In this document: positions 18,950 to 28,976 of the stretch, in pieces
Layout of the letters: each line of letters starts with the position of its first letter
Position numbering within the stretch: position 1 is the stretch's first letter
NCBI GenBank assembly: GCA_031276035.1
Contig: JAISNV010000028.1
Span: forward strand, 55,222 to 119,221
Reading direction: 5' to 3'
Origin: Bacteroidales bacterium
GTDB lineage: Bacteria; Bacteroidota; Bacteroidia; Bacteroidales; BM520
DNA: 64,000 nt
Position numbers and translations under genes: made by a program
Notes under the pieces: generated by a model
What the model was told of the DNA's origin: nothing
What the model saw: only the letters and a program-made list of their open reading frames with translations
Database searches by the model: none

Positions 18950-19148
18950 CTTAATATATATTTAATCATTTACGGTTAATTTAATCTTCTATGAACCAAT
19001 CGCAAACATATTACTCCAATTAAAATAAACAAGGTATCTTGAAACCATATAGTGCTTATATTTATCCACTTATTATAATTTAGTAACATTTGCCAGTATC
19101 GCTTTATTCATTGTTTATCGACATATTTGCCTTGATGGTTTCATAATT

Positions 19149-20873
19149 TTACTTTGAGTATCTATGTTTTCTGATTATCGAATAAATAATTCCGCCCAGA
19201 ATAATAATCAGTGCCGGAATTATTAAGTTTATCAATTGATATTTTAATGAGCTTCTTTCTATTTTAGTAACATCTAATATTCTTAGTTTTAATTCTCTTG
19301 AACGAACTGAAATAAGATTTGAATCGTCACAAAGGTAATTCATAACATTAAGAAAGAATTCCGGATTACCAAATTGATTACTAGTATATTGGTCATAACC
19401 CATATTCAAAGGCATTCCGTCGCCAGCTCTGAACTGATTTTTTATCATATCGGCATCAGAAACAACAACCATTGCGGTAGGTACACTTGCAGGCAAAAAG
19501 TCTATCATAGCATTATCCCGCAAATCCGGAGGAATTCTATTATCATACAACGAACGGAAAGTTCCTTCTAAAAGCATTGCGACGGGAATATTTCTTTTAT
19601 TAAACAAAGCCTGGTCAGGTTTGCGGGTGAGTAATTCCAAAGAAACAACATCGGGAGTCGCAAAAATCTTTGAATATTGCGATGAATGAAGTAGAACGGT
19701 ATGCTTAACATTCGGAATATCAATTTTAGTTACAGGCGAAATAAATTCCGTTTTAATTGCATTAAGATTTTTTACTATCGGATGTGTACTCATAGGGGTA
19801 AGAACGGGGAAAAAAGTCCACGGGAAAAATTCAATCTGCGGTCTGCCCCCCACACTACCTGTTGTAAGCGGAATAGATAAACATTGTAAATCCATAATAA
19901 GTTGCGGTTCAAGTCTTACTCCGTAAGTATAAAGTTGGTCTTGAAGATTAGTATAATTATTTACCGCTAAGGTTACAGGACTATTTTGAAGGCTATCCAT
20001 AGTTACATAAACGGGTTCAACAAGCCAAAGAACTTTACCGCCGCGCATAATGTACTGATCAATCACAAATTTATCTTTTTCCGGTAAAGCATTAGTTGGC
20101 CCCGGAATAATAATAGCCTGATATTTATTTTCCATCACAACAGAATCTTCACCTCTGCTCCGTATATTTGCCAGGCTATTGAGTTGTCCGTCAATATTTA
20201 CGTAAGAAACACTGTAATATTCACTCAGCATAGCTTCGAAAGACACATAATAATCTCTTCGGAAACCACCGTAACCTTCAATAATTGCTACAGATGATTT
20301 ATGAGTATTCGTAAGTTTTCTAATAGCATTAGATAAATTGTATTCCAAACTTTGAATTGAATTGTTTAATACTTCTTCGGATGGAGTTCCCATCTGTGTT
20401 TGCAACAACTGTACGGGAATTTCCCTATCTTTATAATTAATTAAGGCACCCGGAAATATAATTCTTCTTTCGCTTCCTGTTTTTGTATTAACACGTAAAT
20501 CAGTCGGCATCAAACCTTTTTCGGCAAGTTCAGTATATGCTGCCATAACATCATCGGAATTGCCAACTCTTGCCGGGTCAATAAAAACATATTCAATATA
20601 TTTATTGTGTGCGGCAAATTCATCCAGCATTTCCTTAGTTTCATTTCTCAACCTTTGGAAACTCATCGGAAGATCTTTACCTGTAAGCATTATTTTAACA
20701 TACACATAATCGTCAATTTCATCAAGTAAATCCATAGTTGCTTGAGAAAGAGTATATCTTTTCTCAGAAGTTAGGTCGACACGCGTATAAAAGAACGAGG
20801 CCAATATATTTATTGCAACAACAAAAATTAATCCCGCAACAATTGTTTTCAATACCGAAAATTTCTTTTTCAT
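19149..20873 (-). CDS. gldG: gliding-motility-associated ABC transporter accessory protein GldG
   Basis: 574 aa with N- and C-terminal TM anchors. TRVDLTSEKRYTLSQAT motif typical of GldG / ABC-type uncharacterised transport system proteins. 2-nt gap after gldF. Confidence 0.7.
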   Translation of the reverse strand: MKKKFSVLKTIVAGLIFVVAINILASFFYTRVDLTSEKRYTLSQATMDLLDEIDDYVYVKIMLTGKDLPMSFQRLRNETKEMLDEFAAHNKYIEYVFIDPARVGNSDDVMAAYTELAEKGLMPTDLRVNTKTGSERRIIFPGALINYKDREIPVQLLQTQMGTPSEEVLNNSIQSLEYNLSNAIRKLTNTHKSSVAIIEGYGGFRRDYYVSFEAMLSEYYSVSYVNIDGQLNSLANIRSRGEDSVVMENKYQAIIIPGPTNALPEKDKFVIDQYIMRGGKVLWLVEPVYVTMDSLQNSPVTLAVNNYTNLQDQLYTYGVRLEPQLIMDLQCLSIPLTTGSVGGRPQIEFFPWTFFPVLTPMSTHPIVKNLNAIKTEFISPVTKIDIPNVKHTVLLHSSQYSKIFATPDVVSLELLTRKPDQALFNKRNIPVAMLLEGTFRSLYDNRIPPDLRDNAMIDFLPASVPTAMVVVSDADMIKNQFRAGDGMPLNMGYDQYTSNQFGNPEFFLNVMNYLCDDSNLISVRSRELKLRILDVTKIERSSLKYQLINLIIPALIIILGGIIYSIIRKHRYSK

Positions 20874-20875
20874 AT

Positions 20876-21604
20876 TTATTTTCTCCTTTCTATTGAAACT
20901 TTAGTGAATAAAATAAAAATAAATATGATGCTTAAAAAATAAACAATATCGCGTGTATCAATAACTCCACGACTTAAAGAAGCGAAATGAGCTTGCATTC
21001 CCAGAGATTTCACAAATAAAGAGAAATCCCCAAAGATTCTCATTGTATATATAAGTTCAAAACCCATGTACATAAATGCACATATTAATGCTGAAATTAT
21101 GAATGCAACTATTTGGTTATCGGTTAATGACGAAGAGAAAACTCCAATTGCAACAAATGACATTCCTAAAAGAAATAATCCGGCATACGAACCCCAAACG
21201 GCGCCGCTATCAATATTACCGACCGGCGAGCCGAGAAAATAAACCGTAACATAGAAGACAATAGTAGGAATAAGAGCCATCAACACAATTGTACAATCGG
21301 CAAAAAATTTACCAAGTACTATTTGTAAAGGTGTTAATGGTTTTGTAGAAATAAGTTCGAATGTTCCCGAGCGTTTTTCATCGGCAAAAGAGCGCATTGT
21401 AACTGCAGGAATGAGAAACAAAAATACGAAAGGTGCAATCATAAACAAGCCGTTTATATTTGCATAACCATATTCGAGAATATTAAACGAGCCGGGAAAG
21501 ACCCATAAAATCAATCCGGTTACTATTAAAAACACCAATATTACGATGTACCCGATTATTGATGCGAAGAAACCGCTTAATTCTTTCTTAAATATTGCCC
21601 ACAT
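20876..21604 (-). CDS. gldF: ABC-2 type transporter permease GldF
   Basis: 242 aa with about 6 TM helices, immediately upstream of gldG. Confidence 0.65.
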   Translation of the reverse strand: MWAIFKKELSGFFASIIGYIVILVFLIVTGLILWVFPGSFNILEYGYANINGLFMIAPFVFLFLIPAVTMRSFADEKRSGTFELISTKPLTPLQIVLGKFFADCTIVLMALIPTIVFYVTVYFLGSPVGNIDSGAVWGSYAGLFLLGMSFVAIGVFSSSLTDNQIVAFIISALICAFMYMGFELIYTMRIFGDFSLFVKSLGMQAHFASLSRGVIDTRDIVYFLSIIFIFILFTKVSIERRK

Positions 21605-21648
21605 AATTTATCTATTATTAAACGCAAATTTACATGTTTTTTATTATT

Positions 21649-22575
21649 CTATATATACGTTTCAATGAACGCGGTTGGTTCTTCCGGAAAGATAATAAAT
21701 TCATCCAATACTGCCGGAATAAGTACTACAGAGCCTTTTACATATTTCAAACTATTTCCCTGATAGATGATTTCTCCTTTTCCATCAACAAAATTAAGAA
21801 TTACAAAAGATTCTCTATCATTATAATTCAAATGTTTCTGATTTGAAATTCTGATATATTTCGTTTTCGACCATTTAAAATCGAATAAAGGTATTTCCGT
21901 ATCTTTATGTTGAGGCAAAGAAAACATTTCTATTTCACGCATATCATAGTCGATAGCTTTTACCGCCAAATCCATATGTAACTCGCGGGGATTTCCGCTT
22001 TCGTCTAATCTATTCCAATCATAAATTCTATATGTAAGATCCGATGTCTGTTGAATTTCAGCCAAAAGTACGCCCGGTCCCAAAGCATGGATTAACCCTG
22101 CAGGAATTGAAATAACATCACCTTTCTTAACCGGAATCGGATTTAAAACCGTTTCCAAAGTATTATTTTCAAGATGCTTAAGATATTCATTCGGAGAAAC
22201 CCTTTTATTAAATCCTGCAATAATATACGAATTCGGCTCGGCATCTATTATATACCATATTTCCGATTTTCCGTTTGCATAACCTAAAGATTTGGCCATC
22301 TCATCGTTAGGATGAACTTGTACCGAAAGCCATGAAGCCGAGCTTATCAGCTTATCTAAAATCGGAAATTGCTTTATATTGGGAGAAAAAACTTTTTCAC
22401 CGATAAAATCATCCAGAAAGACTTCCAAAAGTTCATTTAGGCTATCGCCAGTGAATTCACCATTAGAAACTGTTGTTTCATTACCATCCACACCCGAAAG
22501 CATCCATAATTCACTGCCCCAAAGTTTATTTTTTACTATCGGGTTAAAAGTAAAAGGATATAAGATATTACTCAT
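21649..22575 (-). CDS. manA: type I mannose-6-phosphate isomerase
   Basis: 308 aa. N-terminal KLWGSELW, zinc-ligand context VQVHPND, cupin-like C-terminus. Confidence 0.75.
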   Translation of the reverse strand: MSNILYPFTFNPIVKNKLWGSELWMLSGVDGNETTVSNGEFTGDSLNELLEVFLDDFIGEKVFSPNIKQFPILDKLISSASWLSVQVHPNDEMAKSLGYANGKSEIWYIIDAEPNSYIIAGFNKRVSPNEYLKHLENNTLETVLNPIPVKKGDVISIPAGLIHALGPGVLLAEIQQTSDLTYRIYDWNRLDESGNPRELHMDLAVKAIDYDMREIEMFSLPQHKDTEIPLFDFKWSKTKYIRISNQKHLNYNDRESFVILNFVDGKGEIIYQGNSLKYVKGSVVLIPAVLDEFIIFPEEPTAFIETYI

Positions 22576-22578
22576 TGA

Positions 22579-23067
22579 TTATTGGTTATCATATTTTAAC
22601 ACGTCTTCACAAACGTATTCTAATTTTATATTTGCTTTGCGGAACATTTCTTCCGATTCGGTGCCCGCATGATATTTCTTTTCACAAACGACACGAATAA
22701 TTCCGCAATTAATAATCAGCATTGCACAAGTTCTGCAAGGAGTCATTCTGCAATAAAGCGTTGCTCCGTCTAATGCCACTCCAAGTTTTGCAGCCTGACA
22801 GATAGCATTCTGTTCCGCATGAACGGTTCTGACGCAGTGCATTGTTTTGTTGCCGTCTTCGTGAACCATTGCCTTAAAAAGATGTCCCACATCATCACAA
22901 TGATCTAATCCGGCAGGAGATCCCACATATCCTGTTACCAAAATTCTGTTATTTTTAGCTATCACACAGCCGCTTCTACCTCTGTCACAAGTAGCTCTTT
23001 TAGCAATACTGTTGGCTACTTCCATAAAATATTCATCCCAACTGGGTCTAACATATTTTTCGCTCAT
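22579..23067 (-). CDS. deoxycytidylate (dCMP) deaminase, ComEB-type
   Basis: 162 aa. Zinc motifs HAEQNAI and PCRTCA. Start overlaps the upstream kinase stop (ATGA). Confidence 0.85.
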   Translation of the reverse strand: MSEKYVRPSWDEYFMEVANSIAKRATCDRGRSGCVIAKNNRILVTGYVGSPAGLDHCDDVGHLFKAMVHEDGNKTMHCVRTVHAEQNAICQAAKLGVALDGATLYCRMTPCRTCAMLIINCGIIRVVCEKKYHAGTESEEMFRKANIKLEYVCEDVLKYDNQ

Positions 23068-23615
23068 AATTTTTCAATAATTTTTTCTATTTCTTTATGT
23101 AAGTCTTCTATGGAACCATTATTTTTTATATGATAATCAGCCATTTCAATACATTTTTTTAAATTTTGTTTATTAGGATCTGTTGTATTGAATTCTCTTT
23201 TTTCATTTTCGACAAAAGTTTCGAATGAGACATTATCGGTTTCCGAAGCTCGTTCGATAATTCTATGGTATCTAGTTTTAGGGTCAGCATCAACAGCCAG
23301 TAAAACAAAATTATTTTTTCTCTTTAAAGATAGAACTTCGCCCGGAGTTCTAATGCTTTCAATAATACAATTCTGTCCGTTTGCTACTGCTTTTTCATAA
23401 AGTTTATCAATAAGATAAGAAGGAGAATTATTGGTTCGCAAATCATTTGCAACAGTTACCATCGAATCGCGATTTACAGGTAAATTTCTTCTTTCAATTT
23501 CCTCAATAATAAAACCTCTGACGGAATAATGTTTGAAATTATAATGTGAGACGAGATAATCTACTATTGTACCTTTTCCCGCGCCAATGGTACCGGTAAT
23601 TCCGATGATAATCAT
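23064..23615 (-). CDS. P-loop nucleotide/nucleoside kinase-like protein (dephospho-CoA-kinase/dNMP-kinase-like)
   Basis: 183 aa. Walker A GITGTIGAGKGT at the extreme N-terminus. ATGA overlaps with both the upstream LOG gene and the downstream deaminase gene. Confidence 0.6.
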   Translation of the reverse strand: MIIIGITGTIGAGKGTIVDYLVSHYNFKHYSVRGFIIEEIERRNLPVNRDSMVTVANDLRTNNSPSYLIDKLYEKAVANGQNCIIESIRTPGEVLSLKRKNNFVLLAVDADPKTRYHRIIERASETDNVSFETFVENEKREFNTTDPNKQNLKKCIEMADYHIKNNGSIEDLHKEIEKIIEKL

Positions 23616-24232
23616 AATTTCAGTTTTTTAGATTCGTGAATCAGGTTATCAACCCATTTGCTATCAACGTGAGTATGTACAAAATTATCCATTTTAGATA
23701 TTATCTCTTCGGCACTTTCAGCTATTATAACATTAGTACGATGTTCCGGCATCATAAAACCTTCTTCAACATAAACATCAAATTGCTTAATAAGATTATC
23801 GTAGTAATTATTAACATTCAGAATACCTATAGGTTTACAAGCTATATTAAGCTGATATAAAGTAAGTACATCACCGAGTTCATCCAAAGTTCCGAATCCG
23901 CCCGGCAACACAACAAATGCATCAGAATTATCAATAATCAATTCTTTTCTTTCACTCATTGTTTCGCAAAAAATAAACTCAGAGATATCATTATCTTTTG
24001 CTATATCTTTTTCGGCAAGAAATCTAGGCATTACACCAATAACATAACCATTTCTTTTCATCAGCGTATCTGCCATTACCTTCATCAAACCGATATCGGC
24101 ACCGCCGTAAACTAATTTAATCTTACGTTGTGCCATAATTTCGGCAAGTTCAAGAGCGGTGTTTTGATAGATAGGTTTTTTTCCTAAAGCCGAACCGCAA
24201 AACACTCCGATAGACTTCATTTCATTGTTCAT
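23612..24232 (-). CDS. LOG family / TIGR00730 Rossmann-fold nucleotide phosphoribohydrolase
   Basis: 206 aa. GVFCGS, YGGADIGLM and the signature PGGFGTLDE. Confidence 0.8.
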   Translation of the reverse strand: MNNEMKSIGVFCGSALGKKPIYQNTALELAEIMAQRKIKLVYGGADIGLMKVMADTLMKRNGYVIGVMPRFLAEKDIAKDNDISEFIFCETMSERKELIIDNSDAFVVLPGGFGTLDELGDVLTLYQLNIACKPIGILNVNNYYDNLIKQFDVYVEEGFMMPEHRTNVIIAESAEEIISKMDNFVHTHVDSKWVDNLIHESKKLKL

Positions 24233-24247
24233 AGGAGTGTTACTAAA

Positions 24248-25579
24248 TTATTCGATAGAGGTATAAGTAATTTCCATTTTGATATTTTTTGCGGGGTCAG
24301 AAGAATTCGGACCAAACAAAACACATCTACCCGGAGAATAGCCGCTATTTCTAACATGCAGATATAAATCGGAACTGTTAATATTACCTAATAAATAATT
24401 CTGGAGATGTCTTGTTATTCTAAAAGTAATTGTTCCTTTTTCAGAATCAAGGGTTCCCATATAAAAAGTAGAACCTTCCGCATAATCGGCAATTGTAACC
24501 ATTTGATCGTTATCATTCATTCTAACCAATTCATAATTTGCAGGCACACCAAACTCAACATCATTAACATCAACATGGAAAGTTATTGTTGCATTGGCAA
24601 TTGCGATATTATTTACCGAAGAGAAATTAGAAAAATAAGGCATGGATATTTTAGTTGCAATGCCGCCAAATGACTGAACATACAAGGTTTGTTCGCCTAA
24701 TGAAGTGTTATTATCCAGCACCTGCGCCCGAAAAGCAGTAGATGCATGCTGATAGTCATAATGTTCGTACTCTAAGAATCTGGGAGTATCATCATCCGTT
24801 ACAAGTTTAAAGACAAGATTATCAGCGGTATCATTATGATAATAAATGTTTATATAAGTATAAGCATTATCGAAGTCTAATCTCAAGAACGAACCCGAAT
24901 TCGGAGTATTTACAGGATCAGGAGCAATATAAAATCCATTAAATTCTTTTATCAACATTTCATTAGTAATAGTAGTATCATTGGGGAAAGCCGATAATAT
25001 TCTATTACCGAATGAATTATTCAATTTAAATGTAAATCTGGGCGGAATTTCTTCTTCATTAACCGTAATAGTATCAAAGCTTGGAGTAAATGTAATTGAA
25101 GCTAATTCAATATTTGAATGATTTACACGATAAGTAGAAAGATAAGAAGAGTCTGCTTCAAGAATTTCCTGTAATTCATAAACTCTTAAGGTATGAGTAT
25201 AATTTTCATCACCATAGTAGCTGTTATAAGCGAAAGATATTTCTACTGAATCGGCGACCGGATTAAATTTCAGACTTTGCGAACCGGTACTCATATGAAA
25301 AGCCGTAGCAAGTCTGGAAGTTGTTTTTCCGAATGTCGCATCATAAATTGCTCCGAGCATATTACCATTATTATCGCTAATATTTCCGGAATTTATACTA
25401 TTATATATAAAAGAATGAGCATTCAAGCTGATTGTATCAGTGTATTTAGGATCAAATATATCGTCATCCACAATACCAAGACCGATAACACTCGGATTTT
25501 CATTATTACAATTTGTAAATAAAAGGGTGCATAATATGCAAGCTATTATTAAGCCGTTTTTCTTTAATAAATTAAGCAT
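24248..25579 (-). CDS. lipoprotein, probable DUF4270 family
   Basis: Start moved to the internal ATG at 25579 (MLNLLKKNGLIIACILCTLLFTNC lipobox) to avoid overlap with the upstream gene. Position after the short glycogen-synthase-like gene matches common Bacteroidota synteny. Family call is from memory. Confidence 0.5.
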   Translation of the reverse strand: MLNLLKKNGLIIACILCTLLFTNCNNENPSVIGLGIVDDDIFDPKYTDTISLNAHSFIYNSINSGNISDNNGNMLGAIYDATFGKTTSRLATAFHMSTGSQSLKFNPVADSVEISFAYNSYYGDENYTHTLRVYELQEILEADSSYLSTYRVNHSNIELASITFTPSFDTITVNEEEIPPRFTFKLNNSFGNRILSAFPNDTTITNEMLIKEFNGFYIAPDPVNTPNSGSFLRLDFDNAYTYINIYYHNDTADNLVFKLVTDDDTPRFLEYEHYDYQHASTAFRAQVLDNNTSLGEQTLYVQSFGGIATKISMPYFSNFSSVNNIAIANATITFHVDVNDVEFGVPANYELVRMNDNDQMVTIADYAEGSTFYMGTLDSEKGTITFRITRHLQNYLLGNINSSDLYLHVRNSGYSPGRCVLFGPNSSDPAKNIKMEITYTSIE

Positions 25580-25592
25580 TAAATAAAAAGAA

Positions 25593-26429
25593 TTAATTAT
25601 TACTAATAATTTCGTCAAAAAATTGATTGGATGTTTCGGAAAGATAATCCAGATCGTACTTGTTGTATGATATGTAAGGTATTTTTTTCTCCTTAACATA
25701 TTCTACTAATTTAGGATTTACATCTTTTTCTGCAAATACAATAGCGTCCGAATTATCAATGGTACATTTCATAAGATACAGATAGTTAGGTATTTTTAAG
25801 ATTTTCATCTCTTTAGCATCCAAACCATCAAATTTAAGTATATCAAATATAGAATCCTGAAATTTACCTTTAAAGTCGTCTTTATACAGAGTTGTAACAA
25901 TTTTCACATCGGAGAACAGCGGATTATCACGATATAACTTATTAATATAAAGCGGGGTAAATGCTGCCATCCAACCATGGCAATTAAGCAAATTCGGCGA
26001 CCATCCCAATTTCTTAACAGTTTCTAATACACCACGAGAAAAAAATATGCTTCTTTCATCATTATCATGAAATATTTTCCCGTTAGCATCGGTGAGGGTA
26101 GTTTTTCTATGAAAGTATTCTTCATTATCTATAAAGTAAATTTGCATTCTAACTTGCGATAACGAAGCAACCTTTATGATAACCGGATGGTCTATATCGT
26201 TAATAATAAGATTCATTCCTGAAAGGCGGATTACTTCATGAAGCTGGTTTCTACGTTCATTGATAAGCCCGAATTTCGGCATAAAAGTCCGAATTTCCTT
26301 ATTTCTTTCTTGAATACCTTGAGGAAGCAATCTGCAAATTGTACCCATTATTGATTCTTCGAGATAAGGGGAAATTTCCTGTGAAATGAATAATACTCTT
26401 GTTTTTTCGAGGTTTGGATTTATATCCAT
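25593..26429 (-). CDS. glycogen/starch synthase-like protein (short GT5-type form)
   Basis: 278 aa. N-terminus VLFISQEISPY...; HGWMAAF segment resembles the starch-synthase catalytic-domain N-half. Confidence 0.6.
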   Translation of the reverse strand: MDINPNLEKTRVLFISQEISPYLEESIMGTICRLLPQGIQERNKEIRTFMPKFGLINERRNQLHEVIRLSGMNLIINDIDHPVIIKVASLSQVRMQIYFIDNEEYFHRKTTLTDANGKIFHDNDERSIFFSRGVLETVKKLGWSPNLLNCHGWMAAFTPLYINKLYRDNPLFSDVKIVTTLYKDDFKGKFQDSIFDILKFDGLDAKEMKILKIPNYLYLMKCTIDNSDAIVFAEKDVNPKLVEYVKEKKIPYISYNKYDLDYLSETSNQFFDEIISNN

Positions 26430-26482
26430 AATTAGATAGTTTCAATCACTTGCAAAGATAATAAAAAAAATTCAGATAAAAA

Positions 26483-26520
26483 GCAAAAAAAAACCTCACA
26501 AAATTTTTGTAAGGTTTTTT
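26483..26520 (-). terminator. rho-independent terminator after the exbB-exbD operon
   Basis: On the minus strand: AAAACCTTACAAAA / TTTTGTGAGGTTTT stem (one G-U pair) followed by about 9 T. Lies 25 nt after the ExbD stop. Confidence 0.7.
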
Positions 26521-26544
26521 ATGATTTTTTATTATAGTTTAAAA

Positions 26545-27012
26545 CTATTGTTCTGTGGCAATTTCTTTGATAGCGGAGTAACTGATTTTAAAAGCTCCTA
26601 CTTCGCGTAATTCTTGTTTTATATCGGTGATTATACCCATTCTAACTGATCTGTCGGCTTTGATAGAAGTAGTTAAGAATTTTCTATCTACCTCATCACG
26701 AGCTTCTCTTTCAGAGAAAATAAAATTTGGAATATCACTAATTTCCGCGAAACTATCATTTAACTGAATACGTGTTTCCGTACCAAGACGTGCATTTGAC
26801 GGCGGACCGACAAATATGTAGCTAACGAGCGATTTTCTTTCCAGCTTTTCAACCTGAGAAGCGTAAGGAACTGCTGTTCTAACCAGCGGGTCTGCTTGTC
26901 TCATAGTTGTAGTAATCATGAAGAAGAAAATAAGCATGAATACGATATCCGGCAATGAGGCGGTGGATACTGCCGGAACTTCTTTTTTGCCTCCTTTAGT
27001 AAATTTTCCCAT
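26545..27012 (-). CDS. exbD: ExbD/TolR family biopolymer transport protein
   Basis: 155 aa. N-terminal LPDIVFMLIFFFMITTTM single TM typical of ExbD. Confidence 0.8.
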   Translation of the reverse strand: MGKFTKGGKKEVPAVSTASLPDIVFMLIFFFMITTTMRQADPLVRTAVPYASQVEKLERKSLVSYIFVGPPSNARLGTETRIQLNDSFAEISDIPNFIFSEREARDEVDRKFLTTSIKADRSVRMGIITDIKQELREVGAFKISYSAIKEIATEQ

Positions 27013-27021
27013 ACTTCAATA

Positions 27022-27606
27022 CTATTTATATTCTTCAGGTTCTGCTTCGGAAATAGAAATCGGAACTGCCCTTCTAATCGCAGACATTAATGTCTCATCT
27101 TTAAGCGATGTAAAAGGAACACCGAATTCTTTTCTCGATAATTCGTCACGTAATTCATTTACAGCTTTTGTAAGCTCATCTTGAACTGCAATATACATTT
27201 CATAAGAAGTACCTCTATCGTTTTTAAGAGAGATAATACCTCTTGAAACTTCAAATAGACCGCCTAAAGCAGGAATAGTATCCCAACGTTTTTCAGGCAA
27301 GTTTTCTCTATTATAAGGATTCGAAAGAAACTCTTTAGCCTCATCCTTAAGCGTACGGATATCACCTATTCTATCATTTATCAATATTCTATCATTTCTA
27401 CTAATGTTTACTTTAAGAATATTACGTTCTTTGATATCTGGTGGTTTTTCCGTAGGCGGCACCGGTGGCGGCAACATTCTCGCTATACCCGTATCAACCT
27501 CCATAGTGGTAGTCATAAGGAAAAAGGCAAGCAGCAAGAAAGATATATCGGCCATTGAACTTGCATTAATCTCCGGAACCTTTTTCTTAGCTTTTCTATT
27601 AATCAT
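27022..27606 (-). CDS. exbD: ExbD/TolR family biopolymer transport protein (second copy)
   Basis: 194 aa. SSMADISFLLLAFFLMTTTM single TM plus a periplasmic domain. Confidence 0.8.
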   Translation of the reverse strand: MINRKAKKKVPEINASSMADISFLLLAFFLMTTTMEVDTGIARMLPPPVPPTEKPPDIKERNILKVNISRNDRILINDRIGDIRTLKDEAKEFLSNPYNRENLPEKRWDTIPALGGLFEVSRGIISLKNDRGTSYEMYIAVQDELTKAVNELRDELSRKEFGVPFTSLKDETLMSAIRRAVPISISEAEPEEYK

Positions 27607-27617
27607 TTTTATCCTTA

Positions 27618-28073
27618 TTATCTGTTTTTAATAAAACTCATTACAGCTGAATAAATTACAGCAATTATAGCACCGGCAAATGAAAAATAAGCTAAATAGC
27701 AGCCAACACCTACCCATTTCGATATTTGTTGATTAATTTTCATTTCTTCCATATATTCTGCGGATAATTGCGCATCAGGCATTATCCAAGCAATTACAAA
27801 TAATACAATTATACCTAAAATTAATAATCCTATATTCATAAGTTTTTTCTTGGTATAAGTTGTAAAAAATAAGGGTAAAATAAGCGATACGAATGCACAG
27901 AATATTACAGCAACCATAGAAATAATTATAGCAGGTACAACCAGACTATTCTGCAATCCAATATCGGTTTTGATATCTGAACTTTTAATAAGTATCAGCA
28001 CGCAAAACACAATGCCGATAGCCATAAAAGCATAACAGATAATCTTTCCAATTAAATTTAATGTTTTATGCAT
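27618..28073 (-). CDS. hypothetical 4-TM membrane protein between exbB and exbD
   Basis: 151 aa with four hydrophobic helices. 11- and 16-nt gaps to its neighbours. Confidence 0.55.
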   Translation of the reverse strand: MHKTLNLIGKIICYAFMAIGIVFCVLILIKSSDIKTDIGLQNSLVVPAIIISMVAVIFCAFVSLILPLFFTTYTKKKLMNIGLLILGIIVLFVIAWIMPDAQLSAEYMEEMKINQQISKWVGVGCYLAYFSFAGAIIAVIYSAVMSFIKNR

Positions 28074-28089
28074 AAATACTCCTTGCTAA

Positions 28090-28914
28090 TTATTTGTTTT
28101 CTTCTATAATATCTAAGAATAAAATTGATGAATCTTCCATATCTAATACTATACTTTCAATTTTGGTAAGAATATAGTTATAGAAAATTTGGAGGATAAC
28201 AGCAACTATCAACCCGAATACTGTGGTTAACAACGCTACTTTCATACCGCCGGCAACAACTGCAGGAGACATTTCACCAACTATAGAAATTTGGTCAAAA
28301 GCTTGAATCATACCGATTACAGTACCCATAAACCCCAACATAGGAGCAATTCCGATAAATAATGAAATCCAAGGAAGACCTTTTTCTAAGCGTGCAGTAG
28401 CAACACTACCGTAAGATACTATTGATTTTTCCACTGCATCTATTCCTTCATTATATCTTTCCAATCCTTGCCAGAAAACACTTGCTAAAGGACCCGGAAC
28501 ATTTTTGCATACCTCTTGTGCGCCTTTAACGTCTTTTCTTTTAATAGCTTCTTCTATTTGACTTAATAATTTTTTAGAGTTGGTTGTTGAAAGTGTTAAA
28601 TAGATAATTCTTTCTATAGCCAAAGCCAAACCGAAAATCAAACAGATAAGAACTGTTGACATAAAGCCAGGACCACCATCAATAAATTGTTCCTTTAAAA
28701 CATGGTGAAAAGATTTTTTTGCTTTAACAACTGTTTCACCACCTGTAGATGTTGGAACTGCTGTTGGCCTTGCTTCCGGTTGCTCTACAACAGCTTGTTC
28801 GGCTTGTTGTTCCGTAGCTACAGGTTCATCCGTTGCCTCTTGTGCAACAATAGTGTTAGATACTGCAAAAGTTAGTAAAAATACCATTGCAAATAAAGAA
28901 AATAACTTTTTCAT
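28090..28914 (-). CDS. exbB: MotA/TolQ/ExbB proton-channel family protein
   Basis: Signal peptide, Pro/Glu/Ala-rich periplasmic extension, then three TMs including GIAPMLGFMGTVIGMI. The track start at 28926 is TTG; the ATG at 28914 is preferred. Confidence 0.8.
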   Translation of the reverse strand: MKKLFSLFAMVFLLTFAVSNTIVAQEATDEPVATEQQAEQAVVEQPEARPTAVPTSTGGETVVKAKKSFHHVLKEQFIDGGPGFMSTVLICLIFGLALAIERIIYLTLSTTNSKKLLSQIEEAIKRKDVKGAQEVCKNVPGPLASVFWQGLERYNEGIDAVEKSIVSYGSVATARLEKGLPWISLFIGIAPMLGFMGTVIGMIQAFDQISIVGEMSPAVVAGGMKVALLTTVFGLIVAVILQIFYNYILTKIESIVLDMEDSSILFLDIIEENK

Positions 28915-28976
28915 AATTTTTTTCAATTTGTTTCTATTTATTTTTTATTAATTTAATTTTACTTTCATTTCATCTG

